Source of the DNA: Coraliomargarita sp.
Lineage (GTDB): Bacteria; Verrucomicrobiota; Verrucomicrobiia; Opitutales; Coraliomargaritaceae
Direction: 5' to 3'
Assembly (NCBI GenBank): GCA_965216325.1
Contig: OZ244160.1
Location: 1,600,001-1,664,000, forward strand
DNA length: 64,000 nt
Part shown: one piece after another, positions 11,412 to 21,895 of the stretch
How the letters are laid out: the number at the start of each line of letters is the position of its first letter
Position numbering within the stretch: the first letter of the stretch is position 1
The notes under the pieces: generated by a model
Seen by the model: only the letters and a program-made list of their open reading frames with translations
What the model was told of the DNA's origin: nothing
The model's database searches: none
Position numbers and translations under genes: made by a program

Positions 11412-11924
11412 ATGAGGCGGATCGTGCTAACAGGTGCTGAATCAACCGGCAAGAGCACCGCAGCAAAAGCCCTGGCCGAACACTATTCAGCTCCGCTCAG
11501 CTCCGAGTTCGTCCGCAGTTACGTCGATCAATTGAATCGTGAACTTACTGCAGACGACCTAGTCCCCATCGCCGAGGGACAACTCGCGCTGGAGTCGGAC
11601 GCAGCAGCCAAAGCAACAAGCACCGTCTTTCACGACACCAACATCCTCTCCTCGGTCATCTATGCGGAGCACTACTTCAACAAGTCGGTAGATCTCGCCG
11701 ACCAAGCACTCGCAAACAACCCCTACACCCTCTACCTGCTCTGCGACACGGACATCCCATGGATCGCAGACGATGGACAACGCGAAAGCCCAGAAACTCG
11801 AGACCTGCTACAAGTGCGCTTTCGACAAGAACTGGAGAAACGCAAACTCTGCTACATTACGCTTAGTGGATCAATCGAAGATCGACTTGCAAAAGCAATC
11901 GATGCGATCGATAGGCTCACTTAG
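11412..11924 (+). CDS. NadR-type ribosylnicotinamide kinase / AAA_28 ATPase
   Basis: GAESTGKST P-loop, EFVRSY, HDT and DIPWIADDGQRE; directly after pnuC. Confidence 0.8.
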   Translation: MRRIVLTGAESTGKSTAAKALAEHYSAPLSSEFVRSYVDQLNRELTADDLVPIAEGQLALESDAAAKATSTVFHDTNILSSVIYAEHYFNKSVDLADQALANNPYTLYLLCDTDIPWIADDGQRESPETRDLLQVRFRQELEKRKLCYITLSGSIEDRLAKAIDAIDRLT

Positions 11925-11952
11925 CACTGAGCGTATTCACACTTCAAATACG

Positions 11953-12579
11953 TTATTTCGCAGCAAGCAATGCTGCAATAATCGCTAAGAGTACAAACAG
12001 CACGACCCCAAACGGACGTATTTTATTGATCGACTTCAAGGTGACTTCCTCAGGGACCTTCTTGGCAAACAAGCCAGCCAAAAAGGCCAATTGCCCCCAC
12101 CAATAGATAATTCCAACCAAGCCTCCAACAATCGCCCAAGCAACCGTTTCATAGCTCTGCGGGTGGTTGACGAATACCATAGCTGCCAAAACCAAGGACA
12201 TCGCCAAGGGCAAACGCATGGGCATTGCCAGTGAGCGAACAAAAGCATTTTGAAACAGCACTCCAGCGGAAGGCAACTCGCTCGCATCGCTGAGTGAAAC
12301 AGCCTTAGGCGTGCGCAAGAACTTATACGCTAGGTAGCCTAAATTACCGGCAGCAAAGAGATACATCAATGGCCGTATCGGATGCAAATTAGTCAGCATC
12401 ACACGCAAGCCAGCAACCGCCACGCACATCCAAATTAGGTTCGACAAGGCAAAGCCACTAGAGACCGCAAGCACCTGACGCGCTGAACCACAAACACCGA
12501 CTTTCGCAACCCAGACAGTCCCGGGGAAAAGAGTCAGAGATAAAATACACCCAGCTGCGATGCCTTCCAAAAGTATCAT
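11953..12579 (-). CDS. LysE-like membrane transporter (divergent)
   Basis: About 6 TM segments, N-terminal G..AG..LS...PG; 208 aa. Confidence 0.55.
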   Translation of the reverse strand: MILLEGIAAGCILSLTLFPGTVWVAKVGVCGSARQVLAVSSGFALSNLIWMCVAVAGLRVMLTNLHPIRPLMYLFAAGNLGYLAYKFLRTPKAVSLSDASELPSAGVLFQNAFVRSLAMPMRLPLAMSLVLAAMVFVNHPQSYETVAWAIVGGLVGIIYWWGQLAFLAGLFAKKVPEEVTLKSINKIRPFGVVLFVLLAIIAALLAAK

Positions 12580-12588
12580 TACCTTTAC

Positions 12589-13764
12589 TTATATGCGCTG
12601 AACTCGACGGTTCCAACCTACAAAATTAACAAACATCAAAAGCCCCGCAAACAAACACCATCCAAGAGCCGAAAAAGCGCCGAGACCAAACCACACAACA
12701 ACCGCCCAGCCACAAACACATAGCCCACCCCCCAGAACCAGTGCCCTGACTTCAGACTGGTAGCGCCCAATCAAAGCAAGCGGATATAATGGGGTCGAAA
12801 ACAAGATCGCAGCCAGATCAGACTGCAACCACAAGCCACAGCCAACGGCGATCGCAACCGAGGCAACAACCAACAGCCCAACCCATCGCTGAGCAGACTT
12901 AGCGGCCTCAGGTCCGACACTATCCACATCCGATGAGACAATCGCCCAAACGCGCAAATGGATCCAGCGCACAGCCAACAACAGGAAGATCAGCAATGGC
13001 AACTGCCACAGCGCCGATATATCTGCATCAGCAGAATAATCAACTAAGCCAACAGTGACAACAGAGAGTAAGCCCAAAACCGGCAAGCTATCGTAATGCA
13101 ACAGACGAAGCCTCCAAGATCGCAACACAGGAATCGCAAAATGACTGCCTCCGACAGTAAAACTTAGGGCCACAAATAGCAGCGATAAGAGCGCAAATAT
13201 ATTGGCATATGGCGATAGGTCATCACTGAACCAATTCGGAATTGCCAACAACACTGCATTGACCGCAAAAACAGCAGACAGCAGGACACGCCAAGTAAGT
13301 AAAGACCATTGAGCAACCAAACCGGAGGAGGCATCGCTCAAGGCGTAGCCAAAGGCATGCAAGCGCGTCGCAAGCGATGGCAAATCAAAGCCCTCTCCAT
13401 TCCATTTCAGAGCGAGTCGGTTTTCTTGTAGACTCACACGCGCATGCTGCACACCGGGCATCGCACGTGAAATACGCTCAACCAACCAGACACAGCCCAA
13501 GCATGACATCCCATCCACACGCAGTGTCAGCTCAGAATCCGCACGTCCCGCATCAGCTTGCAGGCGCTTCAACTTAGCCAAATCCTTCGCCTTTCCAAGC
13601 GCATCACCCACCGGCCGGCCCACCCGATCCTGCAGGGCGTAATAATCATCAAGATCCTCAGCACGAATCAACTCATACACTTGCCGACAGCCCGAACAGC
13701 AGAAAGCCCCGTCTCCAGTCCCCTCTTTGTAAGGTGTTGCGCAATGCTGACAGGTATGCTTCAT
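12589..13764 (-). CDS. CcoI/FixI-like metal-binding membrane protein lacking ATPase catalytic domains
   Basis: N-terminal CQHC..FCCSGC..VYELI domain, HMA motif GMSCLGC, then only TM helices; no TGE, DKTGT or GDGxND. Confidence 0.7.
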   Translation of the reverse strand: MKHTCQHCATPYKEGTGDGAFCCSGCRQVYELIRAEDLDDYYALQDRVGRPVGDALGKAKDLAKLKRLQADAGRADSELTLRVDGMSCLGCVWLVERISRAMPGVQHARVSLQENRLALKWNGEGFDLPSLATRLHAFGYALSDASSGLVAQWSLLTWRVLLSAVFAVNAVLLAIPNWFSDDLSPYANIFALLSLLFVALSFTVGGSHFAIPVLRSWRLRLLHYDSLPVLGLLSVVTVGLVDYSADADISALWQLPLLIFLLLAVRWIHLRVWAIVSSDVDSVGPEAAKSAQRWVGLLVVASVAIAVGCGLWLQSDLAAILFSTPLYPLALIGRYQSEVRALVLGGGLCVCGWAVVVWFGLGAFSALGWCLFAGLLMFVNFVGWNRRVQRI

Positions 13765-13831
13765 GTAAAATTTATTTCAGAGATGTAAATACGCGTTGCA
13801 AAGTGGCAGCGCCAGATTTTCTTAAGATCAC

Positions 13832-14278
13832 ATGCAAGAATCCTTATATCAGCTAGTCTATATGAGCGCCGCAGCCCCGGAGCTTACTAAAGATGCGCTG
13901 ATTGACATTCTTGCCGCCGCCCAGAAAAACAACGCTAAACGCGGCATTACGGGTTTATTGCTGCATTCCGACGGCAACGTAATTCAAGTTATTGAAGGCC
14001 AGAAAGAAGACGTCGAGGCACTCTACAGCAAAATTGAGAACGACAGTCGCCACGAAAACCCGATGGTGCTTTATCGTAAAGCCATTACCGAGCGCGACTT
14101 TCCTGAGTTCAAAATGGGCTTCCGAACCGCCAAGCTCTCCGAACTCGAAGCCAACTTCCCCGCCTTCACTGACTTGGTCCAAAAGCGCCAACTCCCCAAA
14201 GAGACCATGGATAAGATCTCCAAGCGGGCTGCGACTTTTCTGCGCACCTTCGCGCGCACGACCCGATTGGAAAACTAA
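13832..14278 (+). CDS. BLUF domain blue-light sensor
   Basis: LVYMS, NNAKRGITGLL, IQVIEG, IENDSRH and FPEFKMGF. Confidence 0.92.
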   Translation: MQESLYQLVYMSAAAPELTKDALIDILAAAQKNNAKRGITGLLLHSDGNVIQVIEGQKEDVEALYSKIENDSRHENPMVLYRKAITERDFPEFKMGFRTAKLSELEANFPAFTDLVQKRQLPKETMDKISKRAATFLRTFARTTRLEN

Positions 14279-14428
14279 ATGCCGACAGGTAGCCGCTACT
14301 GGACCCGACGACTACAGCACACCAGCTACCTGATTTCCAAATCCAAAAAAGTTCTAATAAAACCACTCCTCACACGTTGTTCATGTGAAACCGCTTGGTA
14401 GCGCTGCCAGGCATCACCTCAAATCACA

Positions 14429-14950
14429 ATGAAAGATGAACAACCCAGCACCGATTCAGAGTGGATGCACTCCATGGTGGAAACCCATGCGGCTGACCTT
14501 ACCCGCTATGCCGCATCCATCCTTGGCAATGCCGAAAGCGCCAAAGATGTTGTCCAAGACAGCTTCATTCGCCTATGGCGCGAACCCCGCGAGAAAGTCA
14601 AAGGGCACGTGCGCCCTTGGCTTTTTAAAGTATGCCGCAACCGCGCATTTGACCTGCGCCGGAAGGGAGGCCGCATGAAACCGCTCAACGAAGTCATGGT
14701 CGCAACGACCGCAAGCGACGAACGCAACCCCGAAGAAGCCACCGAGCAACGCGACAACCAAGCGCAAGTCCTCGGCCTCATGCAGCAGCTCCCCGAGAAC
14801 CAACGAGAAGTCGTGCGGCTCAAATTCCAGAACGGGCTCAGCTACAAAGAAATCGCCTCCGTCACCGAACTATCGGTTAGCAACGTAGGCTTTTTGCTCC
14901 ACACCGCGATCCAGACCCTGCGCGCACAAGTCGCTGCCTCGGGCGAGTAA
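14429..14950 (+). CDS. ECF sigma-70 factor
   Basis: [25 protein letters not shown] and [23 protein letters not shown]. Confidence 0.92.
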   Translation: MKDEQPSTDSEWMHSMVETHAADLTRYAASILGNAESAKDVVQDSFIRLWREPREKVKGHVRPWLFKVCRNRAFDLRRKGGRMKPLNEVMVATTASDERNPEEATEQRDNQAQVLGLMQQLPENQREVVRLKFQNGLSYKEIASVTELSVSNVGFLLHTAIQTLRAQVAASGE

Positions 14951-14967
14951 CCAAAGGAGACCATACC

Positions 14968-17253
14968 ATGAAACTTTTACCAGATGATCCAAAATTAACC
15001 GCCTACGCGCTCGGCGAAATCGACGACGAACACGAGCGCAAGACAATCCAACAAGCCATCCAGCAAGATCCAGCCCTCCAGGCTGAAGTTGAAAATATAC
15101 GGAGTTTCAGCCAGCTGCTCAGCGACGAGTTGAGGTCTGAAACCAGCCCCGAGCTGAGCGAATTCGAAAAAGCACAGCTACAGCAAGAGCCCACCCCTGA
15201 GCCACAAATGGCCAATCGGCGCATACGACTCGCATGGCCTGTGATTACAGGGATTGCGGCTATCTTAGCTCTAATGCTCTACCTGAACACGTCACATGTA
15301 GAGCATATCCAATACGAAATGGCTTTTCGTGACAGCGACGCAGATGAAGTCCACGAAGAAGTTCACTACCGTATGCTAGAGGTAGAGATACCAGCCGAAG
15401 TCATCGAAGGCACACCACAGCCGATCAAAGTGCCCGGCTTGGAACCCGAAGCTACGCAAGCACCACGATTAATCGTTGCCGAAAGCAAGCCTTACAAAGC
15501 TGAGCGTATGGCCGAGATCGGCAGAGATCAGCCCGCCCCTAGTGCACCCGCAAGCATACCAAGTCAGACTTCAGTCTTAGCGAAAGGCAAAATCAGCGGC
15601 ATGCAGTCAAGCGCAGCCACAGGCGTGAATAACATTCAAGTTGCCGATGTGCCTGTCGTCTCGGCGGACATGGAAGATTCCTTTACGCTCACCGCGGGGC
15701 TTGGTGGTGTGGGCAACAATCAACCCCTAGGTGGAGCAAGAGGCAGTCTTAGCATGATCGAACCAGCAGCCGTGGCCTGCTTCATGCCACCTCCAACCGC
15801 CGAGCCAACGCCTCGCACAGAATGGAACACCGAGAAATACGATCCCATCGAAGAATCTGACTTCCGTTCGCCCTTCGTTGCGCCACTTTCGACCTTCTCA
15901 ATCGATGTCGACACCGCGAGCTACGCCAACGTGCGCCGCTTCCTCAATCAGGGGCAACTGCCGCCCGCTGATGCCGTTCGCATCGAAGAGCTCATCAACT
16001 ACTTCCCCTACAACGATGCGGCTCCAACGGAATCGCTCAAGGAAGGTGGCGATCCGTTTGCCGTTCACATGGCGCAGACCACTGCGCCGTGGAACGACCA
16101 ACACCATCTGCTACGCATCGCCCTCAAAGGCTACGAGATGCCTTGGGAAGAGCGCCCAGCCTCCAACCTCGTCTTCCTGCTCGACGTATCCGGCTCCATG
16201 AACAGCCAGAATAAGCTACCCCTGGTCAAGGACGCCATGAACATGTTGGTGCAACGCCTCGACCAGCGTGACCGTGTTGCCATCGTCGTCTACGCAGGCG
16301 CATCCGGACTGGCATTACCGTCGACTACCGCGAACAACGGCAAGACGATCGAACATGCGATCAATCAACTCGAATCCGGAGGCTCCACGAACGCCGGCGA
16401 AGGCATCGCCCTCGCCTACAAAGTTGCTCGAGAGAACTTCATCGAAGGCGGCAACAACCGCGTCATCCTCTGCACCGACGGAGACTTCAACGTCGGCCAA
16501 ACGAATCGAGGCGACCTCGCAAAGATCGCAGAGGCACAGGCTGAACAAGGCACCTCACTAACCATACTCGGATTCGGCATGGGCAACTACAAAGACGACA
16601 TGCTCGAGACACTCTCCAACAAGGGCAAAGGCAGCTACGCCTACGTCGACTCACGCAAGGAGGCTCGCAAGGTATTCCTCGAAGACCTCACCAGCAATCT
16701 GTTCAAGATCGCCAAAGACGTAAAAATACAAGTCGAATTCAACCCAGCACAAGTGTCTGCCTATCGACTTATCGGATATGAAAATCGACGCCTCAAAGCA
16801 GAGGACTTCAATAACGACCAAAAGAAGGCTGGCGACATTGGCCCCGGACACTCCATCGTTGCACTCTACGAACTCATTCCAAGCGACGTATCCATCGCAC
16901 TGCCTGAAGTCGACGCACTTCGCTACCAGCAGCATGCCAAGCCAGAGCAGCTTGATAGTGAAGTCGCCACGGTCAAACTGCGCTATAAGCAACCGGATGA
17001 AACAGTCAGTCAACTGATTCAAAAGGCCGTCCACACTACTGAGCTTACTGAAATCGACGCTGCAAATGACGACTTCCGATTCAGCGCAGCAGTCGCAGCA
17101 TTTGGTCTACGCCTCAGAGAATCAGAATCGATTGGAGACTACAGCTACGCAGAGATTGACCGCTTAGCAGCCTCCGCACTCGCCAAAGATTCCGGCGGCC
17201 ACCGCAGTGAATTCTTGGAATTGGTCCACCAAGCGAAGCAGCTGTCCCAATAG
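14968..17253 (+). CDS. Membrane-anchored VWA-domain protein (YfbK-like), putative anti-sigma partner
   Basis: N-terminal LTAYALGE anti-sigma-like helix, one [33 protein letters not shown] and YRLIGYENR. Confidence 0.85.
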   Translation: MKLLPDDPKLTAYALGEIDDEHERKTIQQAIQQDPALQAEVENIRSFSQLLSDELRSETSPELSEFEKAQLQQEPTPEPQMANRRIRLAWPVITGIAAILALMLYLNTSHVEHIQYEMAFRDSDADEVHEEVHYRMLEVEIPAEVIEGTPQPIKVPGLEPEATQAPRLIVAESKPYKAERMAEIGRDQPAPSAPASIPSQTSVLAKGKISGMQSSAATGVNNIQVADVPVVSADMEDSFTLTAGLGGVGNNQPLGGARGSLSMIEPAAVACFMPPPTAEPTPRTEWNTEKYDPIEESDFRSPFVAPLSTFSIDVDTASYANVRRFLNQGQLPPADAVRIEELINYFPYNDAAPTESLKEGGDPFAVHMAQTTAPWNDQHHLLRIALKGYEMPWEERPASNLVFLLDVSGSMNSQNKLPLVKDAMNMLVQRLDQRDRVAIVVYAGASGLALPSTTANNGKTIEHAINQLESGGSTNAGEGIALAYKVARENFIEGGNNRVILCTDGDFNVGQTNRGDLAKIAEAQAEQGTSLTILGFGMGNYKDDMLETLSNKGKGSYAYVDSRKEARKVFLEDLTSNLFKIAKDVKIQVEFNPAQVSAYRLIGYENRRLKAEDFNNDQKKAGDIGPGHSIVALYELIPSDVSIALPEVDALRYQQHAKPEQLDSEVATVKLRYKQPDETVSQLIQKAVHTTELTEIDAANDDFRFSAAVAAFGLRLRESESIGDYSYAEIDRLAASALAKDSGGHRSEFLELVHQAKQLSQ

Positions 17254-17276
17254 CTCAAAATCTCCTCGAGTTCAAC

Positions 17277-17365
17277 GGTAGCGCAGCTGCGGCTCGCAGC
17301 GCACTGTATCATCTCTGGTAAATCCACACCTAAGCGCATGCGGTGCCAGAGGCACCTGCGCTACC
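17277..17365. repeat. REP-like doublet (GTAG ends)
   Basis: GGTAGCGCAG...CTGCGCTACC terminal inverted repeat with internal hairpins (GGTGCCAGAGGCACC). Confidence 0.7.
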
Positions 17366-17399
17366 CACTCATGGCAACTTAGCAAGGGTCTGTCTTTGT

Positions 17400-17505
17400 T
17401 GGAACCACCCAGTCCCGCTCCGCGATTCACCTCTCCTCACCAAAGAGCTAAAAGCTCCTCCCCTGAGAAGGGGAGGTCACCTGCTTGCCAGGTGAGAGGG
17501 GTCTC
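17400..17505. repeat. Palindromic element with CCTCCCCT-GAGA-AGGGGAGG hairpin
   Basis: Hairpins CCTCCCCTgagaAGGGGAGG and TCACCTG...CAGGTGA between convergent genes. Confidence 0.55.
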
Positions 17506-17513
17506 CCCGAAGG

Positions 17514-20500
17514 CTAGACCAGATCAAAACGCTCGATGCCCTTGCGCACGTCCGACAAGAACGCTGCGGCCCCCACACCATTCACCCAACGGTGGTCAAA
17601 GGTCAGCACCAAGGAAACCACTTCCATCGTCCCACCCTCTTTAGACTTCGGATCCGGCAGGGTAAACGGCGCGCCAATAAACAAGGTCGCCACCGAAGGT
17701 GGCACCACAACTGGTATCGCCGAGCGCACATTGTAGGCGCCCATACTTGAAATCGACAAGGAAACGCGATTCTTGGAGACAATCTCACCATGACGTGTAT
17801 CGCGTAGCGACTTATTGAATACATCAGGAAACTCACTCCACTCCAAAGCATTCGCATTTTGCACGACTGCAGTTTCAAGAACATCACCAGGCAAGGCGAC
17901 CGCAACCCCAAGATCGAGGCGCTCCGAATCGTGCATCAGCTGTCCGCCTCGAATGTAGGACGCGAAGCGCTCATGCTTCTTCATCGCCTGCACCACAGCC
18001 CATGCAGTCATCGTGGCAGTCGAGAGCGTGCCACCGGGTGTCTTTTTACTACGCAGCCGTGCATCGCGCACGGCTTCCCAACGGCAGGTCATATCAATCG
18101 TTGCCGGCACAATCCCTTCAAGCTGCTTAATCGCCTCCATAGAAAGACCAGCAGCCTTCTTTAAGGTATTATACGCCTGTGCCTCCTCAGGCTCAGCGAC
18201 TTTAATCGTTGCCGGCTCAGCCTTACGGCTCAGACGAAGCACCACAAGGTCCTGACCAACATTCACCTCATCGTCTTCGGCGACGTTCCACGACTCGAGA
18301 ATGCCGTCCTCATCACTCTCAATCGGGAAGACGGCCTTATCGGTTTCAACTTCACAAAGTGCATCATCGGCCTTCACCTCGTCGCCGACTTGCTTGAGCA
18401 CCGAAACCACACGCGCCACTCGAATGCCTTCGCCAAGAATCGGCACAGTGATCACCTTGGTCGACTCTTCGAGACTGGGATTATCTTCAGACATATCAGT
18501 AGGCGGTAAATCAGTTATTTGTGGTGATGGTGCAACAGAGCACTCGACATCCAATTGCAAAGCACTCTCTAAAGTAGCCGAGAGTAAACGCTCGATCGCT
18601 GCAGACACTCGCTCCTTATCCGGCAACGCGGCATATTCGTAAATCGGGTTAAAGCCGACATGCACATCTTCCTTCGACACGATGATTGGCGACGCCTTCA
18701 AGGCCTGCAACACAGCTTGATCGGAACACAGCTCTGCAACAATCATTTGCCCGACACTCGCAGAAATGTTATCTTCCTGCACAATGATCAAGCGGCCGGT
18801 CTTCTGCACCGAAGCCGCAATGGCCTCACGGTCCCATGGAGCAATCGAACGCAAGTCTATCAACTCAACATCAAGCTCAGCCGACATGCCCTCAAGCGTT
18901 TCCTCGACAAGCTCAATACAATTACCCCAAGTCACCAAGGTCAGCAACTCACCCTCGCGTACCATACGTGCTTTACCGAGCGGCACAGCTGCCGCAGGCT
19001 CTGCGACCTTCTGATCAGCCCACATCAAATGCTTGGGCAACAGAATAATCGTCGGATCCTCTCCGTGCAGTGCAGTCCAGAAAAGCCCTGCTGTATCTTG
19101 CGGAGTCGATGGCACCACCACGCGAATACCCGGCACACGTGCAAATGAGGCCTCACCCGCTTGACTGTGCCATAGCGCACCGCCAGGCAAGTAACCACCA
19201 CAGGGCGCATAAATCACCAAGGGGCACTTCCAATGGCCAAAGCTACGCCAGCGCAAGGTAGCCATATTCGAGACCAGCTGATTCCAACCAGGATAAATAA
19301 AGTCAACAAACTGGATCTCAAAACACGGCCGCTTACCATAGGATGCCAAGCCAACCGAAACCCCCATAATCGTGGACTCTGCCAAGGGTGAGTTCACCGC
19401 ACGCGAGGGATCTTTCGTGGATAGACCTTTAGTCAAGTTGAAGACGCCACCCTTAGGATCCGCAATGTCTTCTCCGAAGAAGACGACGTCGCTCAATTCA
19501 TCCATTGCAGCATGGAAGGTCTTGTTGACCGCATCAAGCATGCGACAAGACTCGCCTAATTCGATGCGAGTGTCGCTCGGGCTAGGTTCATCACCTACTA
19601 AATGTAAGGTGCTCTCATCGGCTCGTGGATCTTCGGAAGTGCTTACTTCACGATATGCCGCACGAATCTCTTCACGTAGCGCCTCTTCGCCAGCCGTCGC
19701 TTCCTCACGACTGAGCACACCTTCTTCGATCAAACGGTTTTGGTAAATGGTAATCGGATCACGCTCATGCATTGACTCCAATTCGTCAACGGAGCGATAC
19801 ATACGTTGATCGTCTGCACTCGAGTGATTGGAGAAACGCTCCACGTCACACCAGATAAAAGCAGGACCTTTTCCAGAGCGCGCATGCTCAACAGCAACTC
19901 GACCAGCTTCGGCGACTGCCTCAACGTCACTGCCATCAACACGTACCCACTCATCGCGGTTAAAGACATTCAACGCGAGTGGATTCGTCCGCTGAGTCGA
20001 TGTGCTAATTGCAATTCGGTTATCCTCTACAACAAAAACCATCGGCAAGTTCCGCTCCTTGGCGAAGCAAATGGCTTCATAAAAATCACCTTGACGCGTT
20101 GCTGCCTCACCAATCGAAGCATAGACAATATTCTGCTTACCGTCTAATTGCATGCCCCATGCTGCGCCACAAGCAGGCAACATATGCACGCCCACGGGTG
20201 AGGGATGACTCCAGATGTTCAGCTCACGATCACTAAAGTGCCCCGTTAACTGACGCCCACCACTGGACGAATCACGCTTTGCATAAAAAGCTAGAGCAAG
20301 GTCACGATCGGTTAAGCCGCGTTGTAAGCAAAAGGCCCGATCCCGATAATATGGAAAGGCATAATCATCCGGCTCCATATGTAAGGCGATCGCAGCGAGT
20401 GCCTCGTGGCCCATGCCCGAAATATGAAACCAGCCCTTTCCCTGACGAATCAAGCTCTGCTCACGAAGATCACCAATACGGCTGCGCCACAGCGTGTTTA

Positions 20501-20561
20501 AGAGGGATTTACGTGACGCAGCATCGAGCAGCGCCTTCGCGGATGGATCTGAATTAGGCAT
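17514..20561 (-). CDS. Fused 2-oxoacid dehydrogenase: E1-alpha + E1-beta + lipoyl domain + E2 acyltransferase core
   Basis: GHEA, YYRD, GEAA..GDFYE..N (TPP site) and HSSADD; FGEDI..GGVF, PLAE and EIQF; EVETDKA (lipoyl Lys); SSMG and TFDHRWVNG. Confidence 0.9.
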   Translation of the reverse strand: MPNSDPSAKALLDAASRKSLLNTLWRSRIGDLREQSLIRQGKGWFHISGMGHEALAAIALHMEPDDYAFPYYRDRAFCLQRGLTDRDLALAFYAKRDSSSGGRQLTGHFSDRELNIWSHPSPVGVHMLPACGAAWGMQLDGKQNIVYASIGEAATRQGDFYEAICFAKERNLPMVFVVEDNRIAISTSTQRTNPLALNVFNRDEWVRVDGSDVEAVAEAGRVAVEHARSGKGPAFIWCDVERFSNHSSADDQRMYRSVDELESMHERDPITIYQNRLIEEGVLSREEATAGEEALREEIRAAYREVSTSEDPRADESTLHLVGDEPSPSDTRIELGESCRMLDAVNKTFHAAMDELSDVVFFGEDIADPKGGVFNLTKGLSTKDPSRAVNSPLAESTIMGVSVGLASYGKRPCFEIQFVDFIYPGWNQLVSNMATLRWRSFGHWKCPLVIYAPCGGYLPGGALWHSQAGEASFARVPGIRVVVPSTPQDTAGLFWTALHGEDPTIILLPKHLMWADQKVAEPAAAVPLGKARMVREGELLTLVTWGNCIELVEETLEGMSAELDVELIDLRSIAPWDREAIAASVQKTGRLIIVQEDNISASVGQMIVAELCSDQAVLQALKASPIIVSKEDVHVGFNPIYEYAALPDKERVSAAIERLLSATLESALQLDVECSVAPSPQITDLPPTDMSEDNPSLEESTKVITVPILGEGIRVARVVSVLKQVGDEVKADDALCEVETDKAVFPIESDEDGILESWNVAEDDEVNVGQDLVVLRLSRKAEPATIKVAEPEEAQAYNTLKKAAGLSMEAIKQLEGIVPATIDMTCRWEAVRDARLRSKKTPGGTLSTATMTAWAVVQAMKKHERFASYIRGGQLMHDSERLDLGVAVALPGDVLETAVVQNANALEWSEFPDVFNKSLRDTRHGEIVSKNRVSLSISSMGAYNVRSAIPVVVPPSVATLFIGAPFTLPDPKSKEGGTMEVVSLVLTFDHRWVNGVGAAAFLSDVRKGIERFDLV

Positions 20562-20651
20562 TGATAGTTTGTCGTGACAGGCCGGTTACATGCCTTACTC
20601 GCTCTGATAAAACGCGGGCTCTCGGCAACGAGCAAGGCTGAACAACAGCTT

Positions 20652-20735
<84 letters not shown>

Positions 20736-20953
20736 GCCTACACCCTAGCAAATAAGATCTACTTATCAAGACATATTATTGTAAAAGAATTTCTTATGAT
20801 AAAAACTACGAAAGAGGGTAAGTTCCTCTAATAGGCTACATTCCTCAGCATTCGTAAGGGGTTACGTGGACGGCACATGAAAATAACATAAAACCACTTG
20901 CAACCACACTGCTTTCCTTGCGCTTCCGAGAGGAACAATCACAGTCTAACAGC

Positions 20954-21328
20954 ATGCAACATCGTGAAGAATTCCGTCCAGGAGCCACTATCATCAAACA
21001 AGGCGATGAGGGAGTTGGCTTTTACATTCTCGAGAAAGGCTCAGTCGAGGTCTACAAGGACGACATTAAGCTCAACGTCTTGATGTTTCCCGGCACGATT
21101 TTCGGCGAAATGGGCAACATCACCAATAAACCGCGCACCTGCACGGTGAAAGCGCGTACTCCGACCGTCGTGACCCGCTATGAAGCAGCAGGCATGGACG
21201 AGATTATCCGCGAATATCCCGACATTGCACTCCGCATCTTCATGACACTCGCCAGCCGACTAGAGCGAACCACACAGAAGCTGGCGGATCTCTCGCAAGC
21301 CGCATTGTTGATCTCCGAAGAAGAATAG
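20954..21328 (+). CDS. Stand-alone cyclic nucleotide-binding domain protein
   Basis: IIKQGDEG..FYILEKGSVEV and FGEM..PRTCTV; ATG at 20954. Confidence 0.87.
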   Translation: MQHREEFRPGATIIKQGDEGVGFYILEKGSVEVYKDDIKLNVLMFPGTIFGEMGNITNKPRTCTVKARTPTVVTRYEAAGMDEIIREYPDIALRIFMTLASRLERTTQKLADLSQAALLISEEE

Positions 21329-21383
21329 CTCCAGCCACTTGCAAAGCTGTAAGTGCACGGCAGTTTCCTGCGTTATATTTCGC

Positions 21384-21890
21384 ATGATCAAATTCACACT
21401 CGCTGTTCTCTTTCTTACCTGCACAGGCACGCTCTTCGCCAAAGGCCTCGCCGTCGGCGCAGCAGCGCCTCAAGTCACCGCGCTTGATCAAGACGGCAAC
21501 GAAGTTGACCTTGGCAAAGTCCTCAGCGAAGGCACCACAGTTGTCTTTTTCTACCCCAAAGCCGATACGCCCGGCTGCACCAAACAAGCTTGCAGCCTCG
21601 GCGAAGGATTCATGGACCTTAAACTCCGAGGCGTAAACGTCTACGGCGTATCAGGCGACAGCGCCAAGGCACAAGCGAAATTCAAAGAGAAGTATTCGCT
21701 TCCTTACCCACTGATTGCCGACAGCGAACTCAAAGTGAGTGAAGCCTTCAGCAAGAGCCGCTGGGCACGCCAAGCTTACATCTTTAATGACGGCAAAGTT
21801 GCCTGGGCAGACCATAAAGCCGCGACAGCCAAGCAATTCGAGGAAGTCATCGCAGCGCTCGACGAACTTGGTATCGCTCCCAAGTCATAA
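21384..21890 (+). CDS. Peroxiredoxin (BCP/PrxQ) with signal peptide
   Basis: FFYPKADTPGCTKQAC. Confidence 0.88.
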   Translation: MIKFTLAVLFLTCTGTLFAKGLAVGAAAPQVTALDQDGNEVDLGKVLSEGTTVVFFYPKADTPGCTKQACSLGEGFMDLKLRGVNVYGVSGDSAKAQAKFKEKYSLPYPLIADSELKVSEAFSKSRWARQAYIFNDGKVAWADHKAATAKQFEEVIAALDELGIAPKS

Positions 21891-21895
21891 GGCAC

